A program made the translations under genes and the position numbers. The notes under the pieces are model-generated. The model did no database searches, was not told the DNA's origin, and saw only the letters and a program-made list of their open reading frames with translations. A stretch of 64,000 nucleotides of DNA, taken from positions 1 through 64,000 of the forward strand of contig OZ025728.1 of NCBI GenBank assembly GCA_964019335.1, in the 5' to 3' direction. Of the stretch, positions 10,964 to 22,261 are shown piece after piece. Every line of letters begins with the position of its first letter. The first letter of the stretch is position 1. The DNA is from Diplonema japonicum. Its lineage: Eukaryota; Protista; Euglenozoa: Diplonemea.

Positions 10964-13900
10964 TCATGCTCCCTGGCTGTCCCTGACGGGCTCACCCTGT
11001 TCATCGTGATTCGCTTCCATGGGAAACACAGTAACGCGCAACACACGGTGGAGCACAAACCCCAGGGACAAGGTCAACATGCCCCACCCGTAGATGGCGA
11101 AGGCCCACGAATAGCTAGGCCTCGTGAGGTACCGCAGCTCCCCTGTAAGAAGGGCCATGCCACCGCCCCTCGACTCCAAACGCGCAGACTCGTCAAGAAA
11201 GAGGCATGAATAGGTGTTCGTCGTGAGTTTGTTTGTATGAGCCCAAGAAGCAAGCACGAGTACCCACGCCACAGCCATGCACAGTGCAGAAACAAAGATA
11301 AACTTCCCGAACACAGCGTGGTGCGGGAGGAAGGCATACACCATGACGGTCACCATCCCGAGCCCAAGGAACACGGTGCCGGAGATGGCCAGCCCTGCAA
11401 TGGTGCTCATGTCGCCACCGAGGTCGCCTTTGGGACACACGTCGTTGATGTCGCGGCACTTCTGTCCACCGATAAAGGTGCTCGTCTCCGGGAAAGCGCA
11501 GCTTGGTTCTGTGAAGTTGAGTGGTGCGGTCATTTGCACAACGTGCACCTTTGAGGGCGCCGCGAAGTCCCCGGACTCTGCAATGACAACTGTGTGCGAG
11601 TTGGCGATAAACATGCCTTCCACGGAATCACCGATGCTGCCTGCGCCCGTCATGGTATTCATGTCATACACCACCTTTGTCGTCACTACCTGCACGCCGC
11701 TGATTGCAAGCTCCACAGCGGGGTTCAAGGCCAAGGCACCACCAACGACGACTTTCCCCTCGATAGCATCGAGGGACGCATCGGCGATGTCTGTGCCAGT
11801 CGAGAAGTCTGCCTCGCGCAAGATGACGGAAACATTGGTGCTTCCGGACTGTATTATTGATAGTTGTGTGTGTTATTACAATAAATAAGCTCGTCCCGAA
11901 AGAATTGTCAGAACGGGTTTCAAAGTCTAAAGTGGCCTGCAGTGCACCGAGCTAATATCTTTGTTAGCTTTCGGCTTAAAAAAGCACTGCCGAGAACAAT
12001 GACCTGTTGCAACTTGGGTTTAGTACCAAATCAAAAAGAAATCTTTGAACATTCTTCCGCTCATATTTATTAATATCAGTAAACAATAAAAGTTTGTGTA
12101 TACCTTAGCACGCTCCATGAGGAGCACCTTGTCGCCATTGAGCCACGCAGCGGCACTAAAGCGCACGTCTGCCTGGGTGTTCGTGGCGTTCCTGAGCTCG
12201 GTGGTGTACTCGGCGTCGACATCGCTCAGCAGCACGACCTTCTGCATCATAACCGAGGGGTTGGCGTAGTCTGTCACGTTGAGCATGATGCAGCGCACAG
12301 CGTTCGAAGCAAGGAGAGCGCTGTCCCCGCCGGTCATGGGGGACTCCAAGCAGGCTACAATCTTGTCCTTGTCGGTGTTCACAGCAATGCTCCCGAACCC
12401 TCTACCCACACGCTTCTGGCGGAAAACTGTTGGGATCACGGGCTTGATGGCAGCACCGCCACCGAAAGCAGTAGCATCGGCCGTGTAAATAGCCTGGATG
12501 TCGCCCTCCTGGTTCCAAACGGCAATTTCGGGGCCGAACTGATCAACCCCGATAAACAGCCCGTTCTTGAAGGTCTGCACGTCTCCCATGTTCAGCCCGA
12601 AGCTTGAGGGTGTAGCCTCAACAGTTCCTGCGGGACATGTACCAGTGGTCCAGCTGGACAGGGGCGCAGCTACACGAGTGACTTCACCGTCAGTGGTGGA
12701 GAGCCCAGAGCGGACAGAGGTGCCTTCGTACTTGAGGCCAGCCCAGGAGTCCACGTACACGACGTCTGTGGTTGTGTTGCTACTTGTGTAGCTGGTGCCG
12801 AGCCTGAGCGTGCCAACAGCGGGGGCGAAGTCTTCCAGGGCAAGCACGGTGGAGGTACCGCAGGTAGCGCTGGGCCCACGACCAGTCATCACGAAGAGGT
12901 TCCCGCTGCAGAAGTCGTAGGTGATGCCACTCAACCCAGGGGCATCGTTGCAAAAGTTACCTCCGGCAGCAGCAGCGCAGGGCTGGTCGCAGTTAGTGCA
13001 TGACAAGTTTTGGGTGAGATCAGGATTCACAGTCCCGGCAAGCGGCTGCGCAGGCAAAGTGTAGGTCGTGAGCTTGCTGCTGGCGGTATCAACGAAGTGG
13101 TTATCGTGCGGGAGGATGTTCACATCACCTGCGCTTACCTCGTTAGACAGGCTGAAGTCCCACACAGCGCCATTCGGCTCCTGGTCGAGGATGGCGAAGG
13201 CGAAGTCCGCGATTTGCTTCTGACACCTGTCGGCGTGACCAGGCTTTCCCTTGCAAGCACCCAGATCAGGACACTGAACAGACCATGCGTACGACCTGCA
13301 GCCTGCCTGTGTGCACCTGGCCCAAGCAGAGCTGTACACATCGTCCGACACATAACCAGCAGCGCAAGCAAGCTGCAGTTCGCTGGCGCATTGCTCCACA
13401 AACGTGGCGTTGCATTCCTGCGGCGTAGAAGCATATCTGTGATCCACCTTGAAATCATCGCTGCATACTTCCCACAGCCCAAGACCTATCTCATTCCTGC
13501 CCCTCTCCTCCTGCGCGTACCTTACACGCCTCCACTGCGAGGTAGGAAGTGCCATGGCCATCGCGACAAATGCCATGATGGCAAAACCCCATGCGCCAGG
13601 CGATTGGGGCCAGTCAATGACAGACTCCACCGCCTTCTTCGTATCCTCTTCCTTCTGCCTCATTTCTTCCATATCGACCGTGTCCTGTTCGAGGTCACCG
13701 CCCCACAGCTGAACGAAGTTGGGAAGTCTCTTCCCGCACAACTCCTGGCTCCTGAGGACGCTGCCTCTGGGGAGGAGGTCAGCCCTGTTCCTGCGCACCC
13801 AGACGAGGCCAAGAATGGCTAACATAGTCAAGGAAATAGGAACACCAACAGCGACAAGCACTTCCCAGCCAGCAACAGAAAGGGCGATGACGAGACCGGG

Positions 13901-15529
13901 CAGGGCAAGGAAGGCGATCAAGATGTAGGCGAGGGGGAACCAACGCAAGTTGGCGGCGGTGTCCCCCAAGAACTTAGCGAGCGCGAGGGGCACGGGGCGA
14001 AGGGGCCAGATCATGAACCACACGACAGTCCCCAGCAAGTTGAAGAAGACGTGCTCCATGGCGACTCTCATACCGATCACAACGTTGTCGCCAGACAGCG
14101 CTGAGAGCACACCAGTAACGGTAGTCCCGATATTGGCACCGTGCGTCAGGGCAACAAGCTTCTCAATGTGGATAAGACCAATACCGACAAGGGGCGTCAG
14201 GGTGGAGGTGAAGACGGAACTGGACTGCACGAGGATGGTGCACCCGGTACCGAACAGCAGCAAGATGTAGTTGTCGAAACCACCACAGGAACGCAGGATG
14301 GGGTGCTTGAAGTCGATGTTCAGGAAGTACCTAGTCCACGAGGCAACGCTGCCTTTAAGCACCGACTGTAGCAGCTTCACTAACAACAGAAGGCACGTCG
14401 TCAACATGGTCAGGGACACGAAAAGCAGCAGCACACCAGCGTCGTCATCGGAGATTGGGGTGTCGCGGAACAGGTGGCCAGAGGACTGCTTGATGATAGT
14501 CTGCTTCTCCAATCTGCTAAGCTCGCTGCTGGAAGTGGCCTGCGCGATCTCTTCGATAAGGTCCGAGTCCACTGACACCACGCGGCCGCCAGCAGGCTTC
14601 GTGATTGTCTTGATGAACTCCACCTTGTCGCGTTTGTCGCTGCTCAGGTTCATTGAGTCAACCGCCTGGCCAGCAAGTTCCTTGAGGAAACCAGATGCAA
14701 CCTCGAGAGGGAGGAACATCCCTACGGTGAGCCAGTTGAACATGTCGTGGAAGACGGCACCGGTGAAAGCCCTCCTGTACTCGGCGGGACTGTTCAAGTG
14801 AGCGATTGACACAATGGTGTTGGTGACGGAGGTCCCGATGTTCGCACCCATCACAAGGTACGCTGCGTCCTCAACGGTAATGAGCTCTGCCGCCGACATG
14901 GAGATGACGATAGACGTGGTTGTCGATGAAGACTGCATCAGCACGGTGGCGAGGATCCCGATGCAGAGGCCTGCCACCGGGTTCGACAGCAGCTCGCTCT
15001 CGCGGAAGGTCCTGCCGGAAGACTTCCCACCGAGAATCTTGAAGGCGTCACCCATGAGCCCGAGGGAGATGATGAAGAGGTACAGAACACCCCAGATGCT
15101 GCAGAACTTCACGACGTTCACGACAACAGCCTCCACCTTCTCTAATGTGGTGTATTCGCTCCAAGGCATCCCTGTGTCCGCCATTGCCTGAAGGGCCCAT
15201 ACATCACCCACTGTCTCGTACTCCTTCCTCGTCATAAGCTTCTTGAAGGCCATCTCACACTCCTGCTCGGCATCGAAGGGTTCTCCGGCTAAGATGTCTC
15301 GCCCCATGGGACACTCCCTGAATCCCTCATAGTCAACGAAGCATGAACCGTGCACGTAGAAGCGCTCCACGACCTTCCAGTCCTCAGCCTCCTTATCAGC
15401 GTCAAGGGAACCCTTACCTGCTTCCTCTTCCGCAACAGGCTCCGGTGGTGGAGGGGATTCCTCTTCGTGCGCCCCGGTCGGCTGCGGAAGCTGCTCTGCA
15501 GAAGGGGCTTCTGGCTTTTCTAATGTCAT
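10964..15529 (-). CDS. Na+/phosphate cotransporter (SLC34/NaPi-II family) fused to a claudin-like 4-TM module with a phytase-like esterase insert; 2 exons (15529-12104, 11848-10964)
   Basis: Two QSSS repeats (LMQSSSTTTS, LVQSSSVFTS) and two GANIGT motifs; W..GLWEVC claudin-type motif; phytase-like segments (GVDQFGPEIAVWNQEG, RVGRGFGSIAV..D.DKIVACLESP); phase-0 GT-AG intron 12103-11849 joins the last three TM helices in frame. Confidence 0.85.
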
Positions 15530-15637
15530 ACTTGATGTTTGATAACCTGATATTTATAGTTTTTGCGCAAGAAATGAAAACCAAAAAAATTTTTGAGGGG
15601 TGTGAACAAAGTGTTAGTACACGGGGGCGGGATGGAA

Positions 15638-15660
15638 TATATGAGTAACAAGGAAGTTCT
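15638..15660 (-). repeat. Degenerate retroposon 3'-terminal motif
   Basis: ATATATGAGTAACAAGGAAGT on + resembles ATATATGAGTTAAAGGAAGT. Confidence 0.5.
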
Positions 15661-15767
15661 TTTTCTAGACCGCCGCATACCACCGTAAAGTCGGGGGACA
15701 AGTGGTGCAGGAATGTGCCTTGTCATGCGTTATAAATCGTCGCTAATTCCGAACAGTGACCTGTCAT

Positions 15768-16634
15768 CTATCCGAAGAGCTTCTGAAGGAGCACAGCCAA
15801 CCTCCTCCCAGCAAGGGTGATCTGTCTTTTTGCCACATTTCTTGCGTTGTTGATGTAAACCGGAGTCAGCGTGCTTCCGTTCTTCAGGTCGGCGTACGCA
15901 TACTTGATTGCGAGACTGTGGCTGTCAACTGCCCACGAGGTGTAGTTCACATTGTTGATCTCCTGCGGAGTGAGCTGCGGGCCGTATTCAGCATCAAGGC
16001 TCTTCGCAAGGGCAACGAAGTCTTGTTGCTCGGTGGGTGTCATCGGCCTGTCCTGATCTTGGTACAGCTCGCCTACGGAGTCCCAGAAAGAGTGGAGCTT
16101 CGTACTCGTGCCGTTGAACACCACGATGAAAAGGTTCCCACCCATGTCACCTGTGGGAGGGGGGAACAGGTGGCTGAAGAGCTCGGCGCAGTGAAGAGGT
16201 TGGTGAGAGTCACCCACGAAGTGGATAAAGTCAGCGAAGGAGAAGGAGTTTTCCCAAATGTTGTACTTGGACCTTTCCCTCAGAGTGCGCTCCTCACTCT
16301 CCATGGCCTTCACCACATTGTCAACCGGAGGGTTGGGAACATTGGGAACGTTCTCAGGGTTCACAGGCTGGTCGATGAAGTGCCAGGGGGCAGTAAGGGA
16401 GATAGCACCTTTCATATCGTCTGCCCAGCAGGCCATTTGCTTCCAGTCAGGGCTCTTCTTGAAAGTGCCGTTGAAGTGGATGTAGTTGGCGTACTCAGCA
16501 GCCTTGGCGTTGACATCGGCAGTCACATGCAGAGACGCGATCTCAGCAACGAGCATGTGCCCTTCGCACCACCACCCATGTGCTGCAGTCACACCGCACA
16601 GCAGTGCCAACAAACGCATGTTTGACGTGTCCAT
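15768..16634 (-). CDS. S1/P1 nuclease (3'-nucleotidase/nuclease family), secreted
   Basis: Signal peptide then WWCEGHMLVAEIA, WADDMK, WHFID, HFVGDSHQPLH, GDMGGN, LHSFWD. Confidence 0.95.
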   Translation of the reverse strand: MDTSNMRLLALLCGVTAAHGWWCEGHMLVAEIASLHVTADVNAKAAEYANYIHFNGTFKKSPDWKQMACWADDMKGAISLTAPWHFIDQPVNPENVPNVPNPPVDNVVKAMESEERTLRERSKYNIWENSFSFADFIHFVGDSHQPLHCAELFSHLFPPPTGDMGGNLFIVVFNGTSTKLHSFWDSVGELYQDQDRPMTPTEQQDFVALAKSLDAEYGPQLTPQEINNVNYTSWAVDSHSLAIKYAYADLKNGSTLTPVYINNARNVAKRQITLAGRRLAVLLQKLFG

Positions 16635-17114
16635 GTTCTTATTACCTGTTGATAACGTTAGTTCAGTGCTTTTGTTGAACAATTACTTGTTCGTTTCATA
16701 TCAAACAAATATTTATGGGGAGGTGCCTTGGGGCAGAAACAAAAAATGGATCGTTGCCAAACCCCCAGCCCAATCTCTTGAGACGGGAAAGAAGTCAACT
16801 CAAAACCTCCACACAGAGAATGAAACCGCCACCCCCCCTATTTTTTTCTAATGGTTTCTTTTCTTTTTTTTTTTCTTTGTCCCCGCTTTCCTTTTCTTTA
16901 CACTACCGTGTTAACACGTTAATCTCACGTGTGGATCGAAAAAGAGATGTCTAGTAAGCTTGTTTGGCTCATTAGACAAGTTTGCTTCCTAGGAGCTTGG
17001 CAACGATCGCATATAACTTCTTTCATTCTTATTAAGGTTCGAATATGCCGTGACAGTGGTGGTGCCAAGCGGCCGTGGTACTCGAAAAGTTCTGAGCAAT
17101 CAAACAAACTAAAA

Positions 17115-18858
17115 CTACATCCTCGAAACACCGAAGATACCACCCGACTCGATCTTAGGCCCATGGATGACAGAGAGGCAGCACCCCAATACGTTCCTCG
17201 TGTCCCTAGGGTCGATGATGCCGTCGTCGAGGGAGCGGGATGAAGTGTAGTAGACAGAGATAGTCTTCTCAACTTGCTTGAAGTATGCCGCCTTCTGAGT
17301 CTCGAGCATCTTTTCAGCTTTTACAACCTGCTGCGGAGTCATTGTCTTCTTCTTGGACTCGAGGCCTGCTCTGTTCACGATGTCAAGCACACCGGACAGC
17401 TGCTCGGGACCCATCACGCCACACTTGCTGTTCGGCCACGAGAACAAGAACCTCGGGTTGTACGACCTCCCACACATAGCGTAGTTCCCAGCACCGTATG
17501 AGGCACCTACCATGATTGTAATCAGCGGCACGACAGCGTTCGCTACCGCATTAATCAGAAGCGAGCCGTGCTTGATCAACCCTTCTTGCTCCGACTGCGA
17601 GCCAACCATGAACCCGGTGATGTTCTGCAGGAAGATCAGCGGCTTTCCTTCCATGCTGCACCTGTGGATGAACTGTGTCGCCTTCGAGGTCGAGTCAGGC
17701 ATCAGGACGCCGTTGTTGCCGATGATGCCCACAGGGAAGCCGTGGATGTGCGTGAAGGCACACACTGTGGTCTTGCCGTACTCGGGCTTGAACCAAGTCA
17801 CACGCGAGCCGTCCGCAATGCGGCCAACGAGCTCGGCAATGTCAACAGGCGTCTTGATGTCGCCTCCGAACAACCCCAAGATCTCTTCCTCGTCATAAGC
17901 AGGTGGCTCAACGGGATTGAGGTGCAGCTCGGGGTAGGGAGTTGCCTTTTGTCTGTGCTGCATCGCAACGAGTTCCCTGGCAATACGAATGCCGTGCCTC
18001 TCATCCTCTGCAAGGAAGTCGGACACACCACTCTTCACGTTATGCATGATGGCACCGCCAAGCTCCTCTGTCGTGGCCACCTCGCCTGTAGCCATCTTCA
18101 CCAAAGGCGGCCCCCCCAGGAAGATTGCGCTCTTGCCCTTCACCATAACAGTGTAGTCGCTCATCCCCGGAACGTAGGCACCGCCTGCAGTCGAGGAACC
18201 GAAGACAACAGTGATCAAAGTGTTCCCTTTCTTGGCGGCCTTTGCCATGTTGTAGAAGCTCTTTCCGCCCTCGTGGAACACCTTCTCCTGTTGCCTCAGG
18301 TCCGCGCCGCCACTCTGCGTTAGCTGCACGGTTGCAAGATTGTTCTCCTCCGCAATCTGCTGCACCCTGAGGCCCTTGATCACTGTGGCGGCGTTGGAAG
18401 TGCCACCTTTGATAGTGGGGACCTGTTGTACGTTTCACGAGATTTTATTCTATCATACGTTCCCAGTTATCATTGTTTCCACTCCGTTGATGAGCCCGAT
18501 CCCCGCAATGGAAGTCGCATCACAGTCCTTCTGCCCAAAGCCTGCAAGCGGCAGGAGCTCCATAAAAGGAGAGTCTTCGTCTAAAAGTAGGTCCAGCCTC
18601 TCCCGGAAGGTCAGCTGCCCTCGTTTCCTATATTGCATGCAGGGTAAGTGATAGCATACTTGTGGCGCGCAATGGACTTTTCACTCCCCTCGCTGGTGTG
18701 CTTCGCCAGGGCCTTCTGCAGCTCGTCAATCTGTGCATGAAATTATCTACCCATTCTTTACAACTACATACCAACACAGTCATGCTGGCACTGTTCTTGG
18801 TGTAGTTCTCGCTGCTGGTGTCCAGCTGCGACTTGAAGACAGACGATACGTTCTCCAT
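17115..18858 (-). CDS. Acyl-CoA carboxylase carboxyltransferase beta subunit (methylcrotonoyl/geranyl-CoA carboxylase-like); introns 18771-18731, 18659-18628, 18458-18423
   Basis: Spliced product gives RHKKRGQLTFRERLDLLLD, GSSTAGGAYVPGMSD, FLGGPPLVKMATGE, GASYGAGNYAMCGR, DDGIIDPRDTR. Confidence 0.92.
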
Positions 18859-19069
18859 TTTGCTTGTTTTTGCCTGCTGGTGACTTGACATTCTATTGCT
18901 TCCTTTTGATCTCAGCAGGATTTGAAAGAAATCTGAAAAAAAAAAGCCTCTTTATAAAGGACACTAATTATGGGTAAAACTATTTTTTTATTCACCTGGA
19001 ATAACCTGGTATCTTACTATTTCTGTTCTGTTGTAGCCTTCATTATTCTATGCGGTCGTTTTACAAGCT

Positions 19070-19552
19070 TCAGTCAAACAAGATTGGCAGCTGTTTGTCC
19101 TTGGACTTCGACAAGCTAATCGGGGGCTTGGACTTGCCCATAGGAGGGTCTCTGTCCCTGGGCCCACCACGGCTGGGGTAAGGTGCGTAGCGGTCGTTTG
19201 CAAGAATGGGTGCAGCGTTCCTCGGCTGGGGCTGAACGACTTGCTTCTCCGGAGCCCGGACCGTTGACACAGTGTCGTGGAGCGTGGAGGACAGGCCGTG
19301 CACTGCTCGCTCAGTTCTACCTTGCTTCTCGTCTACTTCCTGTAGGCGTTTGTTCAGAGACCTTACCTCCCTCTTGAATTCAGAAACCTCATGCATGATG
19401 TCACCTAGCATCTTCTTCTGTCCATCCGCCACCTGCCTCACCAGTCTCTCCAAGCTTGTGATTTTCTTCGAGAGATTGTCCTCATTGTCGTAATCCAGTT
19501 TAGGTGGCCCGTCGTCAAGAATCGGTTTCGCGTTCACTCTCTGACGGTGCAT
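19070..19552 (-). CDS. Hypothetical coiled-coil protein
   Basis: 160 aa ORF in gene-cluster orientation with a heptad-like middle. Confidence 0.6.
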   Translation of the reverse strand: MHRQRVNAKPILDDGPPKLDYDNEDNLSKKITSLERLVRQVADGQKKMLGDIMHEVSEFKREVRSLNKRLQEVDEKQGRTERAVHGLSSTLHDTVSTVRAPEKQVVQPQPRNAAPILANDRYAPYPSRGGPRDRDPPMGKSKPPISLSKSKDKQLPILFD

Positions 19553-19987
19553 CGTTACACTTACCTACCTACCTAGCTTGTTTTGAAGATTTCTGTTGAG
19601 TGAGGCTTACGCAAGAACGAACCATCTACAATAGTAGCTGCACTGAGGGCAGAGCGCCTGCCCTGAACGCGATTTTACGGAGGCTGTGGCGGCGTCCGAA
19701 CTGGTTAAGACGGCCCAGGCTACCCAGGCTATCCAGCAGGACATCCAGCGAAGCGTACGGACACGAAAGTGTGATGACTCGCCTAAGACTCGGGTCAAGA
19801 AAGAGAGAATATGCTCTTTGAACAGAAGGCCCCATCAAGAGCAACCGCGTAGATATCAAAAAAAAAGACGAACATGTAACAGAGCAGGCGAGCAGCTTTG
19901 GATGCAAAAAAATAACGCGCGAAATAATACCGGCCCCATCCTCATGCATGGGAAACATACATTCAAATCAGATCATTACTTTCAGCT

Positions 19988-20635
19988 CTACGGTGGCACA
20001 TAGCGTGCCCTTGGGGGCGTGTACCTGGCCTGCTCGGGGCCCTTGTAGACGGACTTCTGTGGGGTGGCACTGGATCGCCGTAGCAGGGGAACGGGCTTGG
20101 GGAGATAATCTTGCATTTTAGAATTCGGCGGGGGTGATGCCCTCGGCTGAGGCGGAGGTGAAGGGGACGACTGTACACCCCGCGTGGGTGTGTATGCCCT
20201 ATCCCAATCCCTTTCTCGTTCATTTAAGCTATCATTGTCGGTCCCTGACCTTCGTCTCTTGCGCCAAGACGGTTTGTTGTTTCTCTGCTGCAGTCCTGTG
20301 GGGACTGAGGGCAAAGGGGACCTGACTAAAGGTGGCGGGCTGCTGTCTCTCTCTGGGGTTCTGTTGTTCTCATGCAAGGCTTCAAGAGGCTCATCGAAAG
20401 CTGCTTTGATAGTCCGTTCAACTAAAGCCGACATGTTCTCTACCCAGTCCTTCATCTGCTCCCCTCGCTCACTGAAGTCGGTGATGCTACACTTAGCACT
20501 CTGCAGCTTTACCCGCAAAGCGCTGATCGTCTCCTTCACCTTCTCTAGCCCTTTCAACGTTTCCACTGCGTCATCGACCGCAGCCTGCAGTTCGTTTACC
20601 TTATTCTGCTGGGTTTTCGCATGCCCGTATTGCAT
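19988..20635 (-). CDS. Hypothetical coiled-coil / Pro-Ser-rich protein
   Basis: 215 aa ORF preceded by a polypyrimidine tract and AG. Confidence 0.6.
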   Translation of the reverse strand: MQYGHAKTQQNKVNELQAAVDDAVETLKGLEKVKETISALRVKLQSAKCSITDFSERGEQMKDWVENMSALVERTIKAAFDEPLEALHENNRTPERDSSPPPLVRSPLPSVPTGLQQRNNKPSWRKRRRSGTDNDSLNERERDWDRAYTPTRGVQSSPSPPPQPRASPPPNSKMQDYLPKPVPLLRRSSATPQKSVYKGPEQARYTPPRARYVPP

Positions 20636-20919
20636 GCTTCACCTAAGATGTACTATAGAGGAGAGAGATATAAAGAAGGAAAGAAAAAAAAATCTGAATG
20701 CGGGGTGAGGGATAGGGAAATAGAAGCTTTCTCTGTACTCTAGTTTGAGACCTTTACGGTAAAAAAAAAAGAAAGAGAAAAGTGGGAGGCCGTTATTTGT
20801 TTGTTTTGTACGAGGCTGGGGTAGAACCTGGAGAAAGCTTATAACCCGGGAGCACGTTGCCAACGTTCCCCTTTTGTTTAGACAAGTCAAAGAACTCGTT
20901 TCTGGCATCAAAAGAAAAA

Positions 20920-21750
20920 CTCAAAGTACAGGACAAGCCCCCCGCTAGAGGGCCGCCCTACGGGAGGGGGGGTCTATCTGTTAATACTCCCCTTCTGGAG
21001 CATTGCTTTCATCCCGATTGAGGCCCTGAGCGTCTTGCGGAGTCGTGTGATGCGGTCCCGCTTGTGGTCGGCTTTCAATTCCATTAGCTTGTCGTGCGTG
21101 GAGCGGGTGGCGAAAATAGGCCTCCTGGAGAAACCAATAGCTGCCTTTCCTCCAATGGCGATGAGGGAATTCACTCTTTTTCTCTCGTCCGCTGGGAAGG
21201 GGCGTCGCTTCTTCCGTGCCCTGCATGCTGTGTTTATCTTTACGATGAGAGCTTTGATTCTGCGCGCCCTATCTTCCAGCAGGCCTCCCAAAGACTTTCC
21301 GGTCGTCCACTCGAAGTCAATGGCCAGTTCCACCGCCGACACCTCCGAGGTGGTGTCCTTCTCCACCCAGCGCAGTTGTGACAACCATTGTAGCAGCGGG
21401 TTCAGGTACTGGGACAGGACCCCGCTCACTCCTTCGAGCTCGCCAGCTATCGGAACGGGGCATCTCTTACCTACCACATTTCGAATCCACGGTAGCGGCT
21501 GTGTGTTGACATCCTCCTTCTGCATGAGCTCTACGTCTCGTTTCTCAACCACCACGGCTAAGTATCGTTGCAGCTTCTCTAGGTACGCAAAGTCATGTCC
21601 TCTCGGCAGAATCGCGTGCAATTCCAGACACAGGGGCCATCCTGTCCTGTTGCGCAGTGGTTCCAAGCCGTCCTGTGCTAGCTCTTCCTGTGCGCAGGCG
21701 CACTCGTAGAGTTGATGGCGGAGTAGGGTTACCGTGTCCGGGTACGGTGA
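20920..21750 (-). mobile_element. 5'-truncated LINE, family B (ORF2 C-terminus plus 3'UTR)
   Basis: HQLYEC ... LELHAILPRG ... QLRW ... VSAVELAIDFEWTTGK ... KRVNSLIAIGGKAAIG is homologous to the ORF2 C-terminus of LINE copy 2. It has a different 3' end (ACTTTGAG then T-run). Confidence 0.85.
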
Positions 21751-22261
21751 AAGAAAAAAAAAAAAAAGAAACCGTGTTTCTCTTAACCTTCGGCCAGTGT
21801 TTCAGGGGGTGAGGTTACGCATTTATGTTCTCAAAAAACAAAGGACATGTTGAGCCTGTGCCTATGAGGGAGAAATAGCCGACTTCCTTCAAACAATTGG
21901 TTAAAGAAGGTTTTCCTTTTTTTGTTTTTTGTTTTTCTTGTTTTTTCTATTTCTTTCTTTTTCTTTTTTTTTTTTTGATTCTCTTCGCACAACAAAACTT
22001 CATTGGATCCCTTTATTTTCTTTTTTGTTTTCTTTTTTTTTTCCTATTTTCTTTTTAAATAGGGACAAAATGTGAAGGGAGAGGGGTTAAAAAAAAGTTA
22101 ATAAGACAAGCACTTAAAAGTATGTTTGCCTAACAACGGGGGGGGGGGGGGGGGGGGGAAAGGACTATAATCTAAATACATGCTTTTTTTCTTTTTTGTC
22201 ATTTTTTTTTGTTTTCTATTCAAGTCCTCTAAAAGAAAAAAAAATCGTTCAAAAGAAACTT

